Assembly (NCBI GenBank): GCA_000934665.2
Contig: KZ538340.1
Coordinates: 1-64,000 of the forward strand
Direction: 5' to 3'
Length of the DNA: 64,000 bases
Source: Catajapyx aquilonaris
Lineage: Eukaryota
Below the pieces are notes generated by a model. It made no database searches, was not told the DNA's origin, and worked only from the letters and a program-made list of their open reading frames with translations. A program made the position numbers and the translations under genes. Positions 1 through 11,200 of this stretch are shown here, one piece after another. Every line of letters starts with the position of its first letter. Position 1 is the stretch's first letter.

Positions 1-59
1 ATTTAATTTGGTCCAAAAGGAACCTCAAGTTTAAAGTAAAACGCACACGCCCGTGTCTC

Positions 60-605
60 TCCAATTTACCGGCTTCCTTGCCTGGCTTCCCTCTTAAGAC
101 AAATTCTACAGAGTGCAAAGCTCTCTCTAACATTTAAAAAACCAGAGTAGATTGTGGAAGTTCTAAGAATTCTTTCTAACTCTCCTGAAAAATTACACTT
201 TTGTGGGTTATCACTTTTGTCCACCACACCCCTCTTTCTTATCTTCAATGCCAGCAAGGTATAGGCAGAATGAATTATGTAACATCCAGAATTTAGATTT
301 GTTTTGAATTTCTATCTCCTGTGAATTGATAAGTAATTTACCCCATTTCGTTGGGCTGATTAGTAAGTCTCTAGTGACCTAAAATAACAAGTCGCTTTCT
401 CCAGAGAATGTTTAATATATAATGGATGGTTAGCCAACAAAACCTGCGTCATCGCGTTAATCAGCTCATGAATATCCGGTGAGTTGGGTTCAAGGTTCAC
501 ATTGGAGATCATTGATTTGGACATCATTCTACTTAACTGCGCCATATATATTTTTAACATTAAAGGAGAGACAGGGTCACCTTGAGGAACTCTCTTAGAT
601 ATCAT
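60..605 (-). mobile_element. Degenerate non-LTR retrotransposon (LINE) reverse transcriptase fragment
   Basis: RVPQGDPVSPLMLKIY resembles the RT motif GVPQGxxLSPLLFNIY; the downstream YADD region is decayed; stops present. Confidence 0.65.
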
Positions 606-3310
606 GGTAGGGGAGTCCGGGGCACAGTGGTCCACGAGGCACAGTGGTCCTTTCCATTTAAAAAATATAAGAAACAGTAATAATGTCTTCATCTGGTACC
701 TCTTGAAACAGGTCACTATTGTGCATCTTGCCAACATGACAGTCACCTGTGAGATGCCTGTGATCCTGCTGTATCAGGGGAAATCTATTTGAAGGGTAGT
801 GAAGTTACTTCTAACTCACAGGCCATGTCAGGCATACATGCTGGTGTAAAAATGTTGTTCAATAGTGCCATCCTTTGTCCACAAATGCTGAAAATTTGGA
901 AAATGTCATTTACAATGGAAGCTATGATTCATATAACATGTCAGTTGCTGCCCTCTGGGGCACAGTGGTCCATGAACCATTGTGCACCTTATTATGGATG
1001 ACTGTGGCCCCTTTTGCCTCTGTACAGCACTTAATGTCATCGTAGTTTTATATGCTAATGATTTTGACAGACACTAGTGTAAAATAAAGTTCATGTACCA
1101 AAGGATGTGGCAGGTCAAGGTCTAATTTCTGAAGAGATGATGTTTCATTTGTGTCTGCAGGTCCCTTTTATTTATTTCCTGTTTATTTAGAGGGGTTAGA
1201 TGTAGAATAAAAAATATAATATATGTCTTGTGTGAATTAGGGCTCCCAATCACTTCCAGACCACTGCGTCCCGGGTATCAAAATTGCCAAAATGGGACCA
1301 AGTGTTTTCTGAGTGCCCATGTGTTGGCTTGCACTACTGTGTGTCAAGTATCTTCATTGCATAAAGCTGGAAAGTTAAGCAATTAATGTGGGTGACAACA
1401 GGAAAGGACTAGTTGCTAAAATAACAGTTTTATGATAGGAAGGAAATTTATTATCAACCAGTCTACTGCATACATCAAATAGTTGACAGCCTCTCATCTT
1501 TAAAACTACATTACCAGAGGCTGTAAGAGTGAAAGGTTAAAAATTAGTGGGCCCATTGGTTTTCTTGTCATCGTTAATTATGGATAGAGCAAGACAGTGA
1601 TTCCCAACTGAAGGGGTGGTAAGGGAAAGGGTATTTCAAAACTGTATGAGGCAACACTGTAAATCCTGTATTCCTGCAGAACATGTCTAAACCAAGTAGG
1701 CTATAACAAAGTAGAAAGAAAAGGTATAGGTCAATAGGTGTGAGGCGAGGGAGGAGTCACTGCAACATGTGATGCTTGTCATGGTATGCAATATACCAGG
1801 TAGTCATCAACTCTTCCATGACGGACAAGGTGATTTCTGCACTTATTTGAAAATAAAAATTCTACATAATTTTCACTAGGAGTCATTAATGTGTGCAAGA
1901 GCATTCGAATTTTGGCTACAATAAGGAAAATCGTGCTGGTTAGCTCACTCAGCTGCAAAGATTGCTAGTTGACTGGTCTAACCAGCATATTGCAACCAGT
2001 CCCATGAGACTAAACCAAAACTTGATGCCTGATACACACTGTAATGAAATCTCTCAGCCAAAAATTATGCAGAGCATTACAATCTTATAATAGGTCCATG
2101 AATCATCCTCCTTGCCCATTGTGTAGGAGTCACATTATCCACTGAATTTAGATTATGGGATACATCACGATAAATAGAGGATGATGTTCCTAGTAATATA
2201 ATAGGTCAAAAAGTGACATTCTCTCTATTCAATTCTCAACTAGTAAAAATTTGGGTTTGGAAGACCCACTTTTCTTTTCAATGACAAATGGCCACAGAAA
2301 TCACAAGTAATCTTAGGTAAGTTTGATTTCAATACATGACGCCCAATTTTTCCAGTTGCAAATTGTTCACTTCGGCTTGGTTGTATAAATGCATTTTAAG
2401 AGAAAATCTGATTCTGTACAGGTATTCGCAATGTGTAGATTTTCTCCTAATTTGAGCTGGTACAAAAGAACCTTAAATTTAAGCTTCATAAAACTGACGA
2501 TTGTGCAAGTTATTGTGCTTAATTATACCCCCCATATGAAGGAATCCCACGTTGTGCTTGCCTCCAACAATCATCAACTTCATTAATATCAGCTTCAATG
2601 AACAACTGGGCATTGTAAACACTGGGTATCATCTACCATTGCCATGAAAATTGAAGCAAAAAATTCCTGAAGCTGGTTTCTGTGGGCTTTTTATTCATAA
2701 TTGGAACTTTCAAACCTACATTTCATCATTCCATATGAAAATATCGAGATTCACTTTTTCATCTAATATTTGAACGAACTCCACCAAAAATTATCATGAT
2801 ACATGGCAAATGGGTAATTTAAAATAAAATATGGAATGGCGAGGCATCTACCATTAATAAAATAGACATCAAAAATATTGTCAACTATGGCATGTTATAA
2901 GTACGAAATCAATGAGACATGTAAAAGCACAACATATGACTTACGAATGTTTGAAAGTGAAGGTGATGTGACAACAATGCCCATTTCATGACCATTGCTG
3001 GCATATATTGATGGTTCCCTCACTAGTATGAAATATTCCTTCTATCCTTTCAACTGCCCTTTTGTGCTATTTACCCTGCTTCATCAGTTCCAAACCTGCT
3101 ACTGTGCAAACAACTTATGTCAATATACCCCATGTGTGTATGACTACAACTTCGACATAAATCTTCTCAATAATTGAGCTGTTTCATACTTCAAACATTT
3201 TCGATTTCCATTGAGTCAAGAAATCATGTCCCATGGAGACATTGGATGTGCAATAGTTCTGTATCTGTGTTGAAAATGTGGTGGACCAGTTAGTTAATGC
3301 ATTGATAACT

Positions 3311-3827
3311 TACGAGGGGTGTTTGATAAGTAGGGTGCCTACCTGTGAAGGAGTTGTCCCAGGCGAATGACACTTTAGCACTTCTCTACATAGTTCTTCA
3401 GGAGTATGATTGCACTTCTCCCAGCAGTGGTCCAGCTTTTTTGTCCCTTCGCGAAAAAATGATGTACCATCTACGGACAGCATCACTGTTGAAACCCTGT
3501 TCTTTCAGGAGTGTTGGGAACAGGTGATAGTTTGATTATGCCAAATTGTCGGGTGACACATCCGACTATCATCTGTTCCCAAAATTCAAACGACACCTGA
3601 AAGAACAGCGTTTCAAATGATGACGACATCATGGATGCTGTCCGTAAATGGTGTGATGACCCAGAAAAATCATGTTTTCGCGAAGGGACAAAAAGCTGGA
3701 CCACTGCTGGGAAAAGTGCAATCACACTCCAGGAGGACTGCATACTTACATAGAGAAGTGCTAAAGTGCCATTCACCTGGGACAACTCCTTCATAGGTAG
3801 GCTCACTATTTATCAAACATTTACATA
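3311..3827. mobile_element. Mariner-derived foldback MITE made of two inverted transposase 3' ends
   Basis: Starts TACGAGGGGTGTTTGATAA; left and right halves are reverse complements; right half reads SDYHLFPKFKRHLKEQRF / DAVRKWC / FREG / HCWEKC across frameshifts (mariner C-terminus). Confidence 0.85.
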
Positions 3828-5152
3828 TGGAATGGCATCGCAACAAATTTATTATCAACCCAATAACGAAATACACTGACACTGGCAGCAGCCAGTGTGC
3901 ATCATATACTTCAAATTATTAGGCGGATAAAACTTTTGTGGACTAGCGATACCACATGTAGGACCATGTGCTTGTTTCTGAATCAATATAAAATTTGAAT
4001 TACATTTGGCCTACCTAGTGTAACTATCCACATGTTGAACAAGAAATGCCAGGAATCACTGCAAGAAGTGAGGAAATTTGAGACTGAGGAAGAGAGAAAC
4101 TTGGAAACGCTTAAATGCAGCAGCTGGTAAGTGTGTGTACATGTAAGTGAAGCACACCACACATGACTAGCGTCGCCTAAGTACCTTGTTAATTCATCTC
4201 TCTTCTAATTTACATTTGGCACATGTCCTACATTTTCTAATCTCTAAAATATAATTATGATGGCCCAACTATTAAGTTCTGACAAGTACGTGGATTGCAT
4301 GGCTGTTCAGCATCTTCATTGTTTTATTCATCCCTTTGGCACCCAAATGGATGAAATGAGGAGCTTCATAATATGATACGCGTTACAATATGTTATACAA
4401 CAATAAGATGAGGTCATACTGAGTTGATTCTCACACATATGTTGTCATACTACCATTACTTAATTGTATACCTATGTACAGTACGTTGGTTAGAGCAACA
4501 AAATACAACATGATAGATTCCAGACTAGAAATTGCAACAATTCTAGACTAGAAATGCAGCTCATTCTGTCTTAATCAGAAATTACTTTTGAGGTGCGAGC
4601 TGCAGCCAAACAGTTGGTCAAAAAACATTCAATACAGTCATTATATACAACACAAGGACAACAAAAAATATATATTGACAGTTGTGGTACAAAAATTTGG
4701 TCGCCTGAGCAAATTAGAGAGCCAACCTATCAAAGTCGAAAAAGAAATGCTGAAAAATATACAGATGAACAGCCATTTGAAAAAATAACTGGTCCCTTAG
4801 TCAAGCAACTCCCCTCCTTTACAAGGACCATACTTTTAGTTGTACTCTGGAGGGAGCTAAGAAAGTCAGAAAATCTTCCCTTTGTGCAACTTTGCATCAT
4901 CGTTTGCAAAACACACCTTTACTCCCATGAATGAGAGATAAACCTCAATTATTGCCTTTCACGCTAACACTCTTGCATTCAGATACTCTCAACATGGCCA
5001 TTCTTAGTGGTCCTATCTCTCAAGTGATGGACTTTTTTTTCCTTCAAGTTGGCTCTTGAGGTGTTAAAGAGGTGATTTTTTGTTACTTAGGAATATTGTG
5101 ATAAAGTGAGTAAACATGTGGGCTGTGGCTGGCCTTTCCTTTTGTAGCATGC

Positions 5153-5246
5153 TCAGTCACCTGAGTGGTCTGGTAGGGTATGCTCGAACAAAGCCAGGGC
5201 CTTGTGGATGAATTCATACTGTTCACCTGTCTGCACCATTCCTCCC
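5153..5246 (-). CDS. PTPRR: KIM-PTP exon 7 (Q-loop, stop)
   Basis: TTTTTTACCAG acceptor in phase 2; (R)GGMVQTGEQYEFIHKALALFEHTLPDHSGD*. Confidence 0.94.
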
Positions 5247-8200
5247 CTGGTAAAAAATAAAAAAGGTTGTTATTAAGTTTGCATCTACAGCACAACTTTA
5301 CAACTGCAAGTATTGACTTTTTAGAAAAACAAAAAAGGTTAATGTACGGTACACACAAAGCGAAATTTCATAATCTACAAACAATTTTGATGAAAACGCC
5401 CTCTTTCTAATGTCACAAAAAAAAAACTGCCCCTACCAGGTAAACTAGTCCTAGTCTAGTGCACCACGTGGCGCAGATGTTATCACTTAAGCGTTTCCAT
5501 CTGCTCTTTGTATATGTAACTTACATGCTGGCTGGTTGAGTCGGGGAGCCAAGCAACTAAGGCTATCTGGCATTAGGGAAGGTGAGAGGGAAAGAGAAAT
5601 TTTTAGACTGTGAGAGGAAAAGGAAAAACCCCAAGAAAACCCACATGAACAAAGAGAGAAGCTCTCAAACTCTTTCCATGTGAGGAGGAGTCCTTTGGCC
5701 AAACTGGGGATTGAACATGGGAACTCAGAGGTGGAAGGCTGTGACATTAATCACTACACCACCATGCCACCCTCGTGCTGCTCCTGGTTGATGTTTGTAT
5801 TCATGCAGCAGGCAGCCAAATTCATTTCTAGTGGACGTGCAAACTTGTTTTTTGCTGTGAACTTATTTGTCTCTGATCCACTACGAGGGGCGTTCTGAAA
5901 GTTCGCGACTTTTCCTTGAAAAACAAGAGGTAGGCAAACAACGATGTATTATTTTTCAACATAGCCTCCTTTCATGTTAATAAGCTTTGTCCCAAGTTTC
6001 TCCCATTGTTCTATTCGGTCCTAAAAAAATGGTTTTTGAAACCCCACCCAACACCCCACCCAACACAGAAATCACTCCCAAGACAGATCCATGGACCCTT
6101 CCATAAAGTTGATTTTGATATTGGGGAATAGGAAAAGGCTGAAAGTTTCGTTTTGTAGCACTAACAGTGCGAAAAAGACATCCTTGTCATGGAAAATAAT
6201 TCCGAGTTGGTCTGTGACAGCTCAGCTTGAGTGGCAAACTGTGAGGCTGAGCGGTACCCAATTGAGAAGAGACCTAGCTAAGGCGAAGGTGTTGATGAAG
6301 GATGGCATCCACATAGCCAAACCAATGGCCAGGACCTCTGCTACGTAACACACGTCAACTGCCTGTCTCCCATTACCATGGTCTCCACAGCAAAAGATGT
6401 TTTCATCGATCACAGCAATCGCTGGCCTTCCCGAGTGGGGATCATCTTCTATGCTCTCTTTCCCACACTTGAAACATACGACCCATATTGTAACCAATGG
6501 GTATGATGGACAACAGCCCCTCATTGTCTCTGGCATGTCCTTATAAATATCCACAGTGCTCATCCACTTCAAGGTGAGATATTTGATGACAGAACGCTGA
6601 TCAGTGTTGTCCATGCAGAAGACTCACTGCACTTTGCACTACTCTCAATTTTTCCCTCCCTTTTATGATTCATATAGGGATGATGAAATATCCTGTGATC
6701 AGCCCAAGAATGCCTCTACTTGGTGCCGCATTTTCATATCGAATATCAAACTCCTTAATGAAAAAGTCGCGAACTTTCAGAACGCCCCTCGTATATTTTC
6801 ACAACTCATACATATTTTTGTGAGGCTGCAAAATGGCAATAGTTGATATCAGTCAGTATTATGGGTGGCTGGGCCTATAGTGCTGCAGTCTGGGAGTAGA
6901 GGTAGGGTTCACCTGGGGAGGGGGATATGAATATGTATTGAGTCAGAAAGGTGTTTTCTTCAGTTCCTCAGCCACATGGTGTGAGGTGGAAGCAGGGGAC
7001 CCCCCCCNCCCCCCCCCCCCCCCCAACCTGTACGTACCTATACAAAGAGCGGATGTTAATATAGATTTGTGTGCAGTGTGAATATGTACAGGGTCATCAA
7101 AAAAGAATGCTCGTATTTTGAAACCCTATAACTTGAAAACTGTAGAAGATATAATTATGATTTAAGTTTTCAAATTATAGCCTATTATACAAGAAAAGTC
7201 TGACGTTTTGGTCTCACCTTCGTTTGTTTCAATATGAGCTCCATTTGTCACTTGGCAAATGTAAATACGGTAATCTGTGTCGTTCCTAACCTAACCTGTC
7301 TGGAGTCACCATGGTGTTCCTATCCCTTAGGTCAGTGGTTCCCAACCTTTTCGGGTCGCGACTCCCTTTTATGATAGTCAAGTAACCTGCAGCCCCGCTC
7401 CCCTCCTCCTCCTTCAAGTATTAGTAGAAGATTAATGAAGTGTAGACATATTAAAACAAATTTAGAAAACCTTCGCGGTAAAATTTCCTATAAAATTTTT
7501 GCAAGTAAAAATTACTGCGGCACCGTGCGACCCCCGGGAAAAGGCTTCGTGACCCACAGGTTGGGAACCACTGCCTTGGGTGCTGGAGATGCCAGATATT
7601 TTCACGATACACGTATTTCCACAAAAAAGTCGATTGTGGAAACTTCTCATTCAAGACTTTGTACACTAGGAGGCTGAACAAATGAAACTTTCTATGGCAG
7701 GTTTGCATTATGGATGAGGCAACTTTTTATGTGCATCATCAACAACAATGTGTATGGTGTAAAGACCCCCCCCCCNCCCCCCCCCCCCCCCCAAATCATA
7801 TCCAGTACCTATGGGATATGATTGAGCAGTTTTGGCATGACACCGATTATCGCCTTTTTAATCTGCTGAGCTACAAATAAAGCTCATATCGAAACAAACG
7901 AAGGTGAGACCAAAACTTCAGATGTTTCTTCGCATTCCAAAACTTAAATAATTAAGATATGTCTACAAGTTTTCAAGTTACAGGGTTTTAAAATCCGAGA
8001 ATAAGGAGTAAGGAGTTAGCATGCTGTTTTCATGTAGTCGAACTTCAACCTTAAAGGTGCATTCACATATCCGCGATTGCGACTGCGACCACGACCCCGT
8101 GCCAGAGCGACGTCTCGGTCATGGTATCGCCTAGCTGCCGGTCGCAGCGCTGTTTCGGGCACGGCGTCGTGACAGCATTCACGTAAGCTGTCGCCACAAT

Positions 8201-11200
8201 CTCATGCCCAAAAAAAACATGGCGGCTCCACTGGCCTCCACTGAGAGCCAGCCTTTTATCCCTCAAAGTACAGGCTTGGAAGGCATATTTGCAACCGGCC
8301 ATCTGATATGGTCAGGGGCCAACTCCATGGACGTTTGTAATTGTAAAATAATTTAAGTTTTTATTAATGGAGCCATTATCCAAGATGACGGTCCAATGAC
8401 CCAACTCCAGAGCCCAAGCCGGCCCATGCAAGGCCTGGCAAGGCATCGCCAGTGACCGTGTGTCTGCCGTCGCAGGTATCTGGATCTAGCAGATCCTGGC
8501 GACGGGCACCAAAACGGTCGCTGGACGGGAACTCCGTCGCTGGGGGCACCTCGTCGTGGATACGTGAACGCTCCGGCGACAGCGACGGGGCACTGAATTG
8601 GTCGCTGGGCACGAGATCGCAGATATGTGAATGTACCTTAACTCTTATTCATACAATTGGCCCTTAATGTATATTCTAACCAAATTTCAGAATTAATCAC
8701 TTCTATTGCTTTGGCATTCATTGCATGGGACATTCTGCTACAGCAGGCTGACTCAATCCCTCAAACTATTGTCTGATCATATAAGAAATAGACTAATGCA
8801 AAATATCTGTACCTGTCATATCTCATGGCGCAGACAGTGCCTAGCACATCAACATTCCCGTCTGTGAGCAGCTGAGTCATTCCAATGGACACAGCAATAA
8901 AGCAACCTGTCCTACCAATGCCTGCACTACAGTGCACCACAGCAGGGCCTGGCTTCTGCAGGTGCTGTTGTTGCCTTGTGGCCTCAACCTCCTCAGCCAT
9001 GGCCACTAATGAATGGGCGCTGGATGGGGTCTTGTGGTCTGGCCAGCTTGTGAACCAAAAATGAGTCAGGTTGTGCACCTCAGCGCCATACTGTAAAAGA
9101 GGGCAGGAGTTTCATGTAAATACAAAAATACTTAATTTAATTGGGTTAGTTCACCACCAATTTTTTAAATGGGCATCTGGCATGGTACCTTTATTGCTTT
9201 CTAAGGTGTACAAGCTTTTGTTTGGTCCTTTTCCGCAATGCCCGGGTACCGCGAGCGAGGGAAGGGTGACTGGGAGGGAATGTGCAATGTCTCAAATGGT
9301 ACATTTTGTGAACTTCCCCGGGTGGATTAGTCTGTCAGAGATTCCACCCGAGACGAAGCCAGAGACGACCCCCAACTCTGCACGAGATGAAAGAGTGAAA
9401 GCCCGGCCTTGGGATAGAACCCGGGACCCTTACATCCGTGGGCGCATACGTTACCGCAGCGCCACTCCACCTTCCCTATATGCAAAAACAGTTAACAGTT
9501 GACCTAAGATCTATGGGAATATTTGTTTCTTCCTTTTAAAAAAGGAGATGCTATGATAAATTATCTCCCTCACATTGACCTCAAGCCACTCACCTTGACC
9601 TCTAGCTGTCTGACAACATAGCCATCCCTAGGAGTGACTTTCTTGACAGTGACAGTGATGTCCCCATAGGTAGCTTCTTCACCTTCACCTTCCCCTTCTC
9701 GAGGCGTGGTGACATCACCACCCTCCTCTCCACCTGTGCTTATGGGCACGTAAGGCTCACACTTCGCTTGCCCATTCTCCCTCAGCCGGGTGATCATGAC
9801 AATTGCAGGAGATTTGAGGTGCAACACCATCCGCCAAAAGTCATTCACCGTATGGGGGAGAGGGCCCTGAGTTGCCACGTACACCTTGTCTTCACCATCA
9901 TAGCCCTTTAACGTAAGTCCAAGAGATTGGATCATGCATTTGAAAATTACTCTCACAAAAATTTTCACTAAGATACTATATTACTTCAGCTTACCCTGAT
10001 GTAATTTGCATTAATGTAGGTGGCCAACTGGTCCCTTGTGCTATTTTTCATGGGAGAACTGAGTGGCAGTACAACCCTGGAGTGGTCGTTTGGCAAGATG
10101 GTTCGGTACCTGTTCTTGGTCCCACTTCCTGCCACACTAGCCCTCTCAGGATGGTTGAGAGGTATATCCCAAAACTCTGACTGCAGGGCACGAAAATCCT
10201 GAAGACATTGACGCAGTTGCCGGCGGCTTAAGCGATTGCCCGCAGAAAGAAGATATTCCTCAGCAGTACTGAAATGCAGAATGTGCGACTCTCAGTTGTC
10301 AAGTACAGTGCCAAATACACTATACAGTTATTACACCAGGAATGTATTGGATTTCTCATATACATTGAGGTAATAACTGAAAATGTCTTCTGTGGTATTT
10401 CTTTTTTTAAGTGCTAGTTCTAGTGAAGGCTCTTGTATCAATTACAGTGGCTGGGGAAATCCACGGTGTTCCTTACTAGTATGTCAGCTGGTCAGCAGCA
10501 TACTCATTTGCCCAAAACAAGTCAAAAATGTCGGGGTGAGGAATATTAATGGACCAACTGGTAATAACGTAAACGACAAGACACATGTGGGTGCCTGACA
10601 CATGTACGACCACCACATTAAAGCTCTTTTTTATAGGGAGAGCAGCAAGCAATGATACCCACACACACAGTGGTTGCCCAGGGAACAGGATATGACCATG
10701 ATATTGATCAATGAGCCTGAGGTTACGTTGCCAAATCCTATCAGTTTATCTTGTTCACACTACAATAAATGTGTACAATGACCACCCAAATGCGTCTCAT
10801 CATCTATGTTGTCTCCGGTTGGTCCCGTGACATTTCTCCCCCCTACAATTTTGACTTGGTTTGGGCCAATGAGTATCCTGTTAGGCATAAGACATTCTAG
10901 TAAGAAACAACCTGTAAACATTCTTCACAAGAAAAATACTGGCAACCCAGGCAAGGCTAATGAGAAGAGAAAAGCAAATGTGGGTAAACAAGCTGAGGGA
11001 TTGATTGTTATTTTTTAAAATGGAACTCACAGGATTACTCATTTTCTCCAACCCCAATTAAACCTCCCGCTCCCGTACGTGCCTTCTAATCAAAAGTCAT
11101 GTAATGGAATTTGGTTAGAGTCAGTTTTCCAGGTGAGAAAGTTTCCGATGGTCCCACTCAGGCCATCCGGTGCTGAACAGGATGTGGCATGATTTTCTTT

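Noticed and set aside
606..1275. Repeated GGCACAGTGGTCC motifs with an inverted copy near 1260
   Set aside because: Probably a decayed DNA transposon interrupting the LINE, but termini and TSD could not be defined.
7000..7024. Long poly-C/G runs (also ~7766, 17830, 26798, 31664, 53366, 62971) as functional G-quadruplex elements
   Set aside because: They contain or flank Ns, so their lengths are unreliable; they are typical short-read assembly breakpoints.
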